A stretch of 64,000 bases of DNA, taken from Botryllus schlosseri (taxonomy: Eukaryota). Below, one piece after another: positions 53,301 to 64,000 of this stretch. The stretch spans positions 930,001 through 994,000 of the forward strand of contig CM119378.1 in the NCBI GenBank assembly GCA_051294905.1, given 5' to 3'. Below the pieces are notes generated by a model, which saw only the letters and a list, made by a program, of their open reading frames with translations, was not told the origin of the DNA and searched no databases. Both the position numbers and the translations under genes were made by a program. Every line of letters starts with the position of its first letter. Within the stretch, counting starts at the first letter, position 1.

Positions 53301-56300
53301 GTCGTCTCATTTAACTGATTAGAGCAAACTGCCGATGATATATTTTTAATCTAATTTGGGGGATGGGCCTATGCTCGCGTTTTCATTCTAATCCAATTAC
53401 TGGTTTTCCTGAAAATGCTACAGGAGAACTGTACAGTAGGGCTCTTCAAAAATGACTTTTTTTCTCAAATCGTACTGGCTACTTGATTAAAGTGTTAGGT
53501 TACCTAATTTAAGCCTACACACCAAATTTGGTTCAATTCCAACCAGTAGCCGCATTGCTACAGAAGAAAGTTCCTATTTATTAAATAAAAATAAATAACA
53601 AAAAATTTGAAAATTTTCTGTTCACCCCGTGAGGGTGTTAGGTTGTCTATAGAAACGATGTTCACCAAATTTGGTTCAATTCCAGCCAGTGGAAGCGGAG
53701 TTATTGCCATCGAAAAATTGGATTTGAATAAAATAGTATTTACGGTGGGCACCAATATAATAAATAATTAAAGAATCAGTCACCGTAACTACTATTTTCT
53801 TCATAATCCAAAGTTTTAGACGGCAATAACTTCGCTTCTACTGTTTGGAATTGAACCAAATTTTGTGTGTAGGCTTAAATTCGGTAACCTAACAATTTTA
53901 TCAAGTAGCCAGTACGATTTGAGAAAAAAGGTCATATTTGAAGAGCCCTACTGTATAGTGCCAAACCAGCCAAGCTTGGTGTACAGACATTTGCCGTTCT
54001 TGTGCTTATGATAGGGTTACCATATTTTGGAATCGGGAAAGGAGGTCACTTTAACCAAAACGTAAAAGTTGGTCGATCAAAACTGAAAACGGCCGATTTT
54101 TGCAATATTTACTGGAAGTTTTGTTGGAATTTGTGGTGTTGACTAAAGAAAAAGGTCATCACTTTCATTCGACTTCCGAATGACCCGCTCGAACGTCCGT
54201 GTTATCTATTTCACATCATTTATGCCGTGTTTCAGTTGAACCTGTCCGTTAGCCTAGCTGTAAAAGCTGTTAAGGAGGACATTTAGGCGTCCTCTGAGGA
54301 CATTTTCAAAACCCTGAAAAAGGAGGAAAAATTAGTACAGAAAAAGACGTATGGTAACCCGAGCTTATGAGACTGAACTTTGATTTGGTATGAACTGAAC
54401 TTAATTTTTGTTGTCTTTCGTTCTAGTTCAGAGTTGAATTCAATTCCACGTTTTGCAAATGCAATCATTCTAATACTGAGCAAAGCCTTCTTGAGTACTC
54501 TGAACGAGTAAAAGTACTTCATTAAGGACAACTTATGTGTTGTGCAGGTCGTTGAAATGGCCGTCACGGAATCCATGGTTTGGTGCAGGACTGACGACGG
54601 CAGTTTGCTGAGAAGTGACATCGAAAACATTGATGGCGACAATGTCCGATGGGAGACGAGTAATTTGTCAAAACTTCATTCGTTTGTGGTTGTGCGTCTG
54701 ACAAATTTTATTTCTGTCAGTTGTCGACAAATCACCGTTCGTTTCGAGCCTGGCAAGCGACGGAAGAAATTGCGTTTTCATTGTGGACGAGCGCGGGGTG
54801 GTTTCGTTTGTGAATGAAACTGGCGGGCCTTGGCAGGTGAGACGGTGTCCTTTGATCTGTTTGCGTTGATGTATCGATACTGGGGCTGGACCCAATGAAT
54901 TGGGGACTCGAATCCGAATTGAGCTTTAATTGTAGTGACCCGAGGCGAGTAGTGGGAGAAGATGTCTTCGAATACCGAAACTGCATGCTCTATTCCATTT
55001 TATGAGTTATATTTAGAGTGCGACTGATTATATAGAATTGCCAATAATATTGAGTTGATGTCACACTTTGAAAGAAATATTGGCATCGGCCATTAGAGGT
55101 AAAACCTAAAGGAAATGTTTCTAAGATCTGAGCTTAATTTCGTCTACTTTGTGGTTTTACGGAAAATGCTGCAGGAGGACTGCACAACGTGAAATGAGCC
55201 ACGCTTGGTGTACAGTAGGGTTGTTAAAAAATCACTATTTTTCAGGATTTCGTGAATTTACTGATTAAATTGTTCGGAGTTGAATTCAATTATCAAGTTT
55301 TGTGAATTCAATCATTCCAATTCTAATCTAATCTAGGGAAAACTGTGTAGCTATAATTCTAATTCTAGTCTAATTTGGAAAAGCTGAAAATTTTCTAGTC
55401 GTTCAACTGTAATAATCAGGTGGACGTGGGTGAATATCTGGACGAAGACAGGCATCTCATTCCGAATTCCGTCGTCCAATCTCTACCAACCAATATCGCT
55501 ACGTCGGCACACAAGGTCTTTGAAATACGACAAGATTTGATATTTCTGCCACTACGGCGTAACTCTGTTACAGATGCAGCGTTGGATGCGACGCCCGGCT
55601 CGAGCCAGATTTGTCGCGGCCAACGATATGTCGGTTTGGATTGTTCACGATAAACATATTGCCTCTGTTACTAGAGGCCCGATCAGTGGTAAGTAGGCTA
55701 CTTGTATTGAAATGGCTACTAATTTAGAACATGCGCCACCGTGGTGATATTTGGAAAACCAGAACATATTGAGCTTTTCCTCATTAGAATGATAGCAAAT
55801 GGCTGTGCATCAAGCTTTGGCTCGTTTTGTGCTGTACAATTCTCATGCTACATCTTCACTATAACCTGATATTAGATTAGATATAAAATTACAATATAGA
55901 TTATTGTCAGAAACGTAGGGATTTCGAAAGTGCATTACCCAGAGGGGGTCAAGTAGAGAGTGTTGTTACGCAAGTAGAAGTAAAAGTAGTACTTTCAAGC
56001 CATTATAAAAGGAACTGGTCAAAATACTTCAGTCAATGAATGGAAGTACTCCAAATGTATTCAAGTCGGCTACGTAGAAAAGCAGAAATAATTCGTCATC
56101 ACCTCTGGATTTGGGCAGGGCAAAGATGGGACGTCACAACGCCGCTCGGGGTGGCCGTGTCTACAAAATGGCAACATATCACGACATCGTCTATATTTTC
56201 TGCCGATATCGGAAACTGGGTCGGTGAGTGTCAGGTTTCGAGAACAGACTTGTGCAAACTACAGTTGTAGTTGGTTGACGGTCAACTAACTACTGCATTT

Positions 56301-59300
56301 TTAGCAGTTCTAGTTCTAGTTACGGATTTTGAAAAGAGAATAGTTCTGGTTCTAGTTGCGGATTTTGAACAACCAGTAATTCTAGTTACAAGTTTTGAAA
56401 AGAGAGCAGTTCTAGTTCTAGTTGAGAGTTTTAAAAAGAGGGTAGTTCTAGTTCTAGTCGCGGATTTTGAAAAATGACTAATTCTACTACTGATAGCAAG
56501 GTTTAAAATGTGAGTAGTTGTAGTTCTAGTTCTAATCGAGGATTTTGAAAAGTGAGTAATTCTTGTTCTAGTGACGTATTTTGAGAATCCAATAGTTGTA
56601 GTTCTAGTTGCTAGTTTTGAAAAGTGGGTAGTTCAAGTCGCGGATTTTGAAAAATGACTAATTCTAGTTCTGTTCAAGAATTTTGCAAAGTGAGTAGTTC
56701 TAATTCTACCTCTAGTCACGGATTTGGGAAAGTGACTAGGTCTGTGTCCAGTTGTGAGTTTTGAAAAGAGAGTAGTTCTAATTCTACCTCTAGTCACGGA
56801 TTTGGGAAAGTGACTAGGTCTGTGTCCAGTTGTGAGTTTTGAAAAGAGAGTAGTTCTAATTCTACCTCTAGTCACGGATTTGGGAAAGTGACTAGGTCTG
56901 TGTCCAGTTGTGAGTTTTGAAAAGAGAGTAGTTCTAATTCTACCTCTAGTCACGGATTTGGGAAAGTGACTAGGTCTGTGTCCAGTTGTGAGTTTTGAAA
57001 AGAGAGTAGTTCTAATTCTACCTCTAGTCACGGATTTGGGAAAGTGACTAGGTCTGTGTCCAGTTGTGAGTTTTGAAAAGAGAGTAGTTCTAATTCTACC
57101 TCTAGTCACGGATTTGGGAAAGTGACTAGGTCTGTGTCCAGTTGTGAGTTTTGAAAAGAGAGTAGTTCTAATTCTACCTCTAGTCACGGATTTGGGAAAG
57201 TGACTAGGTCTGTGTACAGTTGTGAGTTTTGAAAAGAGAGTAGTTCTAATTCTATTGGCGCAATTTTAAAATCCACTAGTATGCGCAAGTCTGTTTGTGA
57301 AGCACGATACCCATTCAGTCGTTTCCAACTCCATTTCCCTTCCCACAGCTCTGGTGTGGGCGTCCAGGCCTAACGGAGAAATCTTCTGTTTCCAATCGCA
57401 AGAGGTTGCCACGACTCGTCCAGTATCTTTGCCTCCTCCGTTGTTAGACAGTGTTCCTGTTGCGTGCATGTCCGCGTGCAAGGGCGCATTGTGGGTTTTG
57501 TACGAGAATGGTGAAGTGTATATACGTTCTGGAGTGTCTAAGACGTGTCTTCAAGGAACGGACTGGAGCCGTCTCGACACGACAGAGCAATTAGGTGAGA
57601 CTACCTAATATACCTAGCGAGTGTTGTACTGAATGTAAATCTGAGGAAAACAACAGAAATTTCTACACGAATGTAAGACGAGTTTCCGTGTAAGTATTCC
57701 AGGCCTAGGCTTACCTTAAAATGAAATTGGTTTAGGTTTGAGCTAAATGTCTCTGTGTTGCAGGCGACGCGAAGATCACCCACATCAGCTGCGGCACTCA
57801 GAATGTATGGGCTGTTGACTCGACCGGGCAAGTTATATTCCGTATTGGGGTCGGTTCTGTTGACCCGCAATCCTTCCCACCCGCTTGGATTCCGATCGAA
57901 TCACCCCCGGGATGTCACGTCACCCAGGTTCTTGAGAACAAACACTTTCTCCGAATCTTTAGGTATATTTTTCCGTTTTGTGTCTCAGATTGAATGCGGG
58001 CCGTCTGATAATAGCGTCTGGGCGATAGACGAGTTGTCGGTGATCTACGCGCGGACGGGGATCAGCCCCAACATGCCTGTAGGGACGAAATGGGAGGTGG
58101 TCCCAGGTATTGGAGTATAGATAACTGACCTTCGGAGAGATGCGAAACAAGAAAGTTACTGACGCACTGAATGCGAAAAAATGTTATATTTTGATAATAA
58201 AATATTATCAGTCAGAAATCGGCATTGTTGAGATTAAGATTACTAGTGAATTCGGCATTTACCAGACCTTAATTCTAAGCTAATCCCGAATACACCAAGT
58301 GCTGTAGCCTATATCACTGCTCAGTGCTCACGCAATACCGGGGATTTGTAGAACCATATGGGGTTTTATTCATCCCTGGCTCATATTCAGTGAAACAATC
58401 ATGTTTAAATTTAATAGCACCATATTGATGCATCGCTTTAGTAATATACATAATAGTAGGGTGGCCGTATTTTGAGAGTGGGAAAGGCAGACACTTTTCA
58501 CAGGCTCCAAAAGTTATTGAAGCTGAATAGAAAACCATACAGCCAAATTCATCGGGTTGACTAAAAAAGAGGTCACTTTTCAGATTTGAAACCCACGTGA
58601 CCCGTCGTCTATCTTTTAAGCCAAAATTTAACGTCTTTCGTGGTATTTTTTGGGCATTTTAGGCTAAAAATGAGGATATTTGGGCGAAGGGAGGACATAT
58701 GGTAACCCTACATAATAGGCTTATTCACCAAGTTCTGTATATCATTGTCAACGAAAGATTAGAATTCAGTCATATAATTTCGATGCCGCTTTCCTGATAA
58801 TAATAGTTTATTAAATTTCGAATGCCGAATTCACCAAGTGCTGTATATCACAATTCACGCTCATATTCAGTGAATATCCGTATTCGAATAACAGTTATTA
58901 CGTTTGTAACCTCAAATTCACCAAGTGCCGATTTCACTGCCAACCATTGTTCCGACTGATTTTGATAAAATTTATGCTGGGTCGCCAGCTATTAAAATTC
59001 TTGTATTATACTGGTTAGCGCAACCATGCGGTCACTCGTTTCGCATCCATCCGCAGGTTAGACATCTATGGTTTGAGTTTGACCCCTAATCGCATCAGAG
59101 AATCGCGACCGCTGTAAACTGTGCGCAGGTTCTCATGGCCGCCAAATCTGCGTCAGCAACAGCACCGTGTGGGGTCTCAGAACCAGCGGTAATTTACTGC
59201 GTAGGTGCGGAATATCCTCGAGAAATCCGCTGGGAAACTATTGGCGGAAAGTGCGCGGGAGATTCGAGCGAATCGCAGGTTTGGCTTTGTTATATCAAGC

Positions 59301-60041
59301 CTCTTATCGATACGTTGCTCATCTTTATGTTATTTCGTCGAAATCTGCCACATCACGCATATAATAGAATGCCAGTGCAAAAAATGAACTGGCCATCAAC
59401 AGTGTTATGGAACAAATGGATTTTCACAGAAAACAAGATTATGTTGTTAATCAAAGTAGCTTATGTCCATTTTACTCTCCGTCATGGTTAACCTTGTAAT
59501 AATGCCACAAAACGCCGAAAAAATACGAAAATTTTACAAAAACTTGGATTTCTATCAATTCGAAAAATAGTTCTCAATATTTGATTCCGCCTCGACCATA
59601 TAATCAATATTCACGTTGTGTAAGTGTCGGGTGTGTGTCTTCACCCTCAGCGAACCCCTGGGTCTCGGGTAAATCCCCGGTTAAAAACCGCTTTATTCAG
59701 GTTGTTAGTTAGGGTAGGTTTGGAATGGGAATTTTGGGGCACCGAGTGCCAAATTCGCTGGTAAGCGATTTAAAAACTACTTAAGGCATTTTGGCACCGC
59801 TCTCGTTTTATCGGATTCTTGTGGTATTTAAAAATATGAATAACACTGAACTGAACATTGCGTTTTAGTCACCCCATACGACGAATTGTGGGCGATCGAC
59901 GATGCGGAACGCCTCTATCATCTGTATTCGAGTCAATACTGTCCTCTTGTAGTAGAGGCGCAGTACAAACCAGACGATCACCTGACGGACGATGATTTTT
60001 TCCCACCTCGAGACACCGACAAGGAATGGGAGTTTCTGTGA
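41313..60041 (+). CDS. TECPR2: Tectonin beta-propeller repeat-containing protein 2 (WD40 + TECPR repeats, C-terminal LIR)
   Basis: Phase-consistent exons: 41313-41759, 42514-42642, 44617-44748, 45848-46008, 46447-46537, 46845-47007, 47184-47345, 47431-47486, 49238-49339, 49399-49555, 50451-51085, 51539-51677, 52319-52456, 53004-53260, 54548-54659, 54721-54836, 55420-55515, 55574-55688, 56119-56223, 57349-57594, 57764-57927, 57989-58106, 59129-59278, 59869-60041. Motifs include VPQKIQRGF, ITCLQWSSNGMKLFSGDKSGKV, FGACF...YCARPGYRIWIADIEG, tectonin repeats (VWAIDELSVIYARTGISPNMPVGTKWEVVPG), and terminal DKEWEFL*. Confidence 0.93.
41784..42468. mobile_element. AATTAG/CTAATT-repeat MITE family (representative copy, with a nested GACTC fragment)
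   Basis: cagacctggataactagataattctaa...aagctgaaaatactactcgtaaaactctg. Relatives at ~2590-2970, 5075-5290, 5700-5900, 20910-21920, 46040-46386, 53270-54480 and 55120-55410. Confidence 0.65.
43266..44277. mobile_element. Fold-back (near fully palindromic) MITE with 8-bp TSD, interrupted by a LINE 3' end
   Basis: tagggcggttcaaaaataacc...ggttatttttgaaccgcccta; perfect TSD gtaaagat. The arms meet at ~43956-43982. Confidence 0.88.
43365..43762 (+). mobile_element. Second copy of the same LINE 3' end, inside the fold-back MITE
   Basis: Near-identical to 28924-29211 with ~100 bp more 3' UTR; ends aataaagac(tc)n. Confidence 0.82.
44964..45466. mobile_element. hAT-type MITE, GACTCGAGTC family
   Basis: cagggttgtaa...ttacaaccctg; TSD ctttcgat/cgttcgat. 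Confidence 0.87.
48173..49098. mobile_element. Non-autonomous hAT-type element, GACTT subterminal repeats
   Basis: TIR cagtgttgggat...atcccaacactg; TSD ctcgatgc/ctagatgc. Relative at ~52544-52872. Confidence 0.85.
51125..51500. mobile_element. Decayed inverted pair of the PLE hammerhead repeat in a TECPR2 intron
   Basis: Antisense gctgacactcgtcatgggtaatcagcaactag..., then sense attctctactagttgctgacgattctccctaacgagtgtcaggc...gaagttttgtacct. Confidence 0.75.
53437..53950. mobile_element. Fold-back MITE family copy
   Basis: tagggctcttcaaa...tttgaagagcccta; TSD ctgtacag/ctgtatag. Confidence 0.85.
54012..54362. mobile_element. hAT-type MITE, GAGGACA family
   Basis: tagggttaccata...tatggtaacccga; perfect TSD gcttatga. 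Confidence 0.82.
56245..57293. mobile_element. MITE with TAGTTC subterminal repeats, containing an expanded tandem array
   Basis: cagacttgtgcaaac...gtatgcgcaagtctg. Relatives at ~3101-3572, 23248-23600, 26965-27202 and 28743-29505. Confidence 0.75.
56692..57254. repeat. 78-bp tandem repeat, about 7.2 near-identical copies
   Basis: Unit gagtagttctaattctacctctagtcacggatttgggaaagtgactaggtctgtgtccagttgtgagttttgaaaaga starts at 56692, 56770, 56848, 56926, 57004, 57082, 57160 and (partial) 57238. Confidence 0.97.
58457..58710. mobile_element. hAT-type MITE, GAGGACA family
   Basis: tagggtggccgtat...atatggtaacccta; perfect TSD cataatag. Confidence 0.82.
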
Positions 60042-60729
60042 ATGACGAGTCGTATTATTCGGGCTTAATCGTGGGCCTTTCCGGTTGTTGCAATAAATCT
60101 TTTTTTGTGATCTTGTCTACTGCTAGTGAAAGTGGGTGATTTTGAGAAACAAAGTGGCCAAACGTCGGAAATCACAGTAGAATGATCTGCTGGGTGTCTT
60201 GCTAAGTTAAATTTACGACAATCGGTTTTCACGTCCCAAAATAACGAGAGATGAAAACAGTCAAATCGGGAAAATTTACTTCACATTTACGGCGATCGAA
60301 CTTATTTTTAAATTCTCCCAACCTCGTAGCAACGTGTCGGTAGAGTGCGTCCGTCCGAGTGCGTGACTATTTGGTGTAGAAAGGCGATAACGATGCCGCA
60401 GCTTAGGACCAAATGAGCAGCAGCGAGTGTGAGTGTTCAACGATCAATCGCTTGCGCAACAACGGGCCTTGTTGCTTGCGCTGCTGCCTACTTTTTTCCT
60501 GAGCTGCGGCATCGTTATTCTACACAGTGTTGTTGCGTGACAATGCCAAATTCGAGAGTGGTTTCGGGACCACGAGCAGAATATAATTTATATTTTTGTA
60601 ATCATTACCGCGGTAGCTTTCGATTGATACCAATTTTGGCGGGGGCGGTCCAGGTGGCCGCTGGGTGTCGTGCTATTTGCTCGTGTCCACACCACTGTAG
60701 GACTTTAGGACACTATATGGTCTTACGTT

Positions 60730-61268
60730 TAGGGCTGGGCAAATTCTAGTATATGAGTGGTTCGATTCTGAATCGCGTATTCTGCGTCGAGTCGATATCA
60801 CTCATTATTACGTGATAACTGAACGTGATATGTCAAAGTTCAAAATTGTAGGCCTACCTTTCATGCCACCACAAAGAATATAATACACCTCTTATTATGG
60901 AGTGACTGATACTGTTATCCATCGTATTAAAGATACTTCGGTGGTACTTTTCGACCATACCTATTTCATTGCACTTTGTGGCAATGTTGTGGAATGATAT
61001 TGACTTCAGAAATGTGTTATTTCCAGTGTCGTTCGTAGTTTTGTACTATATGTTGCGTATGTTGCGATACGGCCAATCGAGGTTTCAAGGCAGTGGAAAT
61101 AAGTATCGAAACTATAATTTCAGTTGATAAATTTACTTTCAGTGGCGAGGAGCGTATAATTTGATAATGTCAGTACTCGAAAAAAATCGTCTTTTACTAC
61201 TCGACTCGAGTCATTAAAATTAATACTCGATTCAGATTCGAGTACTCGAATCATTGTTCCCAGCCCTA
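60730..61268. mobile_element. Second copy of the 18737 MITE family
   Basis: tagggctgggcaaa...cccagcccta, colinear with 18737-19251. Further decayed copy at ~27350-27780. Confidence 0.8.
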
Positions 61269-62154
61269 CATTAGCACAAGTGACAGCAATGGATTGAAAT
61301 AACCTGAGGCAGACTTCAAGTCAACAATGATACTATCGACAATATTACATTTTACGTCCTGCTCCTGCTATAGCTAGGCTGACTCTCCAGAGCAAAACTA
61401 GCTCGTGTAAAAGGGGGAGAATGGCTACAGGAAAGACGTAAAACTTGAAGATCAATGAGCATTTAGCAGTGTTCCGCTGACCCCACACTGGATAAGCCCA
61501 AAGATGCTATGATTCCACGTGTGCTTTCATGAGAATATCCAAGCGGACGCAATTTTCTCTCTTATATTTGCGAGGACACCGCGATGTCCATATGGGTTTA
61601 CGGTGTTTTGTTGTTTTCTTATCATATAGTTCGCATATTTTGATAAGCGTCCTAGCAGGATAGTTGGCGTAGTGGTGATGATAAACTCGATTCCACGTCG
61701 GCGCCTTATCTGAGTCCCTCTTCCCCGCGTCGCTGTTCTTGTGGCGACAAAAAAAAGCCCAGAAAAAGACCCGATGAAAGAACGCACTCATAAGGAATAG
61801 AAAGAGGAAGAAAGAGCCGCGGAATAGAGATCAACATCGGGCACTAGGCCGAGTTGAACCCCCAGTTTAAGAAACCACAACTTGTCTTTCGACATCCTCC
61901 CATCTGTCCATTACGTCATACTGTGTCTTATCGCATTGTGCATTGATTAGATTATATTATTATTAGATCGATATGATGCTTTCTGGTTGAAATTTGAACG
62001 CTTGCATTGATGGCCACCCGCTTGCTGGCGGCCGTACGCCGTCGACGTTTACGGAATGCAATTGTCAAAACGAAAGTTCTCGACGTGGATATCAGACTAG
62101 ATAGCTGACACGTAATATCGTTTCTGCAGACGAATTAGGATTCAATATTCTGTA

Positions 62155-62282
62155 ATGGACCAGCTTGGAGAACTTCTGGAATGTCCGGTGTGTTTGGATC
62201 GATTCAAGGAACCAAAAATGTTGCCTTGTCAGCACACCTTCTGTTCGAGACCCTGTCTGCAGAACATCGTCGAAAATAGCAG
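62155..62282 (+). CDS. First coding exon of a TRIM/NHL-1-like RING-finger E3 ligase (gene continues beyond the window)
   Basis: Acceptor tttctgcag ends at 62129, ATG at 62155, reading [42 protein letters not shown] then ag|gtagtg donor. The C-x2-C...LPCxHxFC-x3-C pattern is the N-terminal RING of TRIM proteins. Confidence 0.85.
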
Positions 62283-63061
62283 GTAGTGCCCTTTTCATAC
62301 GTAGAAGAATCAGTACCATACATAAGATCTGAACTTTTTATAATAAACAACAGTCGAAGACCAACAGTTTGAGTAGGCCTACTGAAAGATCTGTCGAGTG
62401 ACTTATAGCCTACATTGACTCGAGTCAAATTTAGGCATCGTAATTCCTAGTTTACTAAACATTTGATGATGCCGTCAGTCACACGCTTATTGGTAGCATG
62501 GGTCAGCTAGAACGAACAATTTTCATAACTCTATGTTCTCTTATGATGTAGTCTCATCCCTATCATTATTATGGTTATATATATTGTCTTCGAATATTGG
62601 TAAAAGGAAGCAAAATAATTGTATAAAATTACCATTAATCGTTAAGACTTTCTCCATATAATCGTAATCAATTACATGGACACAGTGTATTCGCCCCCTG
62701 TTTGGTCATGATGCGCATCTCTGATCTCCGGGCAGCCAAAGGTCCTTTGCTATACGCCATAAATCGGCCTGGTGTCAAATAACCATTGTTGTCGAAACAC
62801 TATGAATACAATAACAAAAACGACTCTGATTACGATGATGAAATAGCTTCGCTTATTGGAACGTAAAGGCACTGGCGAGGCAGAATAACAAATCTAACAA
62901 ACAAGTAGGTTAAATCCCGGGATGATAAAATAGAACTACGGTGATGGAAATGCTCTGTAGTGGCTTCTTAGGACACCGAATCCGTTGACATCGACACCAC
63001 CCTCTCGCATATTAATCAGTAAAAATGATGATTTTCATATTACTTGCGATTTTGTTAAGTT

Positions 63062-63135
63062 ATAGTTGCTGACGATTATATCCTTGACGAAAGTATCCAG
63101 GTTTATTTCAATATGAATGTAGTAATATTATTCAA
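63062..63135 (+). mobile_element. Heavily decayed PLE repeat remnant
   Basis: tagttgctgacgattatatccttgacgaa...caggtttatttcaatatgaat. Confidence 0.6.
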
Positions 63136-63269
63136 GTATAGCATGCAATTGTATATCAATGTTAATTGTTGTATATAACTGTACGAGTACGACGTACTTA
63201 TGTGTCTATATCCAGTGACTTACAGCGCACCAAAAGTCCTAATAAATGTTTAGAAAAGCGAGTATGCAG

Positions 63270-63637
63270 TAGTCCGGATCATGGACCGGAGCCGGATTGG
63301 ATATCCGGCCGGATTTTTACAATTTTGACCGGACCGGATCGGAGCCGGATCAGTACTTTTTCTGTTACGGCCGGAGCCGGACTACTTTTTTGATCCGGTC
63401 AGAATCTTTATGGATAAGCATAACTTTTATAACTATATAACTAACCACCAAGCCAGTGTGAACATAAACTAGGCATATTTATCAATTCACGGAACCTCCT
63501 ACCGAGTAGGGCCGATTTCTGGCCGGACTTTTTCATTTTTGGCCGGAACCGGATTGGAGCCGGATCAGTACTTTTGCTGATGCGGCCGGAGCCGGATCGG
63601 AGCCGGACCAGAGAATTTGTCGATCCGCTCCGCACTA
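63270..63637. mobile_element. hAT-type MITE with CCGGA subterminal repeats
   Basis: tagtccggatc...gatccgctccgcacta; perfect TSD gtatgcag. Confidence 0.82.
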
Positions 63638-64000
63638 GTATGCAGCGACAGCAGCGTTCATTAGCGCGAAAAATTTCAAATTTACCTAAATGGATTTCGT
63701 CTCTAAATTACGAAATTTTTGCCTAGGGATACCTTATGTCCTCTTTTTAAGAGGTTGTGTCCTCATTTATCAAGAAAACTAAAAATTCCGATTTTTCGTA
63801 ATTCCTCCACCTTCATTGTTTCGAGTGTTAGACGACTCTACTGAGACAACTAAAAATGTCTTATCGTTAAAACTCGTCTACTAACATTATATATGACCTT
63901 TTTCATACTGGACTTTCGAGAATAACATTTCCCAGTACTAATTGTTATCACTCAGAGTTGGATCAATTGTAATTTGTAATTGTAATTGAATGTAATTAAT

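Noticed and set aside
56633..57254. 184-aa repetitive ORF or possible CRISPR array
   Set aside because: Head-to-tail 78-bp units with no unique spacers and no cas genes, in a eukaryotic intron. The ORF is open only because 78 is divisible by 3.
60320..60620. GC-rich segment as tRNA or tRNA-derived SINE
   Set aside because: I could not fold a cloverleaf or find a convincing B box, and there is no second copy in the window.
1..64000. Autonomous transposase or reverse transcriptase gene, or a prokaryotic system
   Set aside because: No long uninterrupted ORF with DDE or RT motifs; all genes are spliceosomal-intron eukaryotic genes.

Overview
Eukaryotic, intron-rich animal DNA (invertebrate deuterostome-like; an ascidian is plausible but that is inference only). 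Reading GT-AG exons by hand gives five genes: the 3' part of a Schnurri/HIVEP-like C2H2 zinc-finger gene (+, <1-11667), UBE2H (-, 14454-16383), Elongin A (-, 20650-31424), TECPR2 (+, 41313-60041), and the first coding exon of a TRIM/NHL-1-like RING gene (+, 62155-62282, absent from the ORF track). Introns are either about 60 nt or filled with transposon relics: many non-autonomous hAT-type MITE families with 8-bp TSDs, LINE 3' ends, a Tc1/mariner-type MITE and a 78-bp tandem array. The standout is a Penelope-like retroelement (PLE) family carrying a minimal, pseudoknotted hammerhead ribozyme. It inserts as fold-back palindromes: a perfect 581-bp one at 1484-2064 and a ~170-bp one at 29724-29893, each with a ~38-nt unpaired 3' tail and an 11-12-bp TSD. 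About ten further decayed loci are scattered through the window. No autonomous transposase or reverse transcriptase ORF is present. All homology calls come from recalled family motifs, not from database searches.
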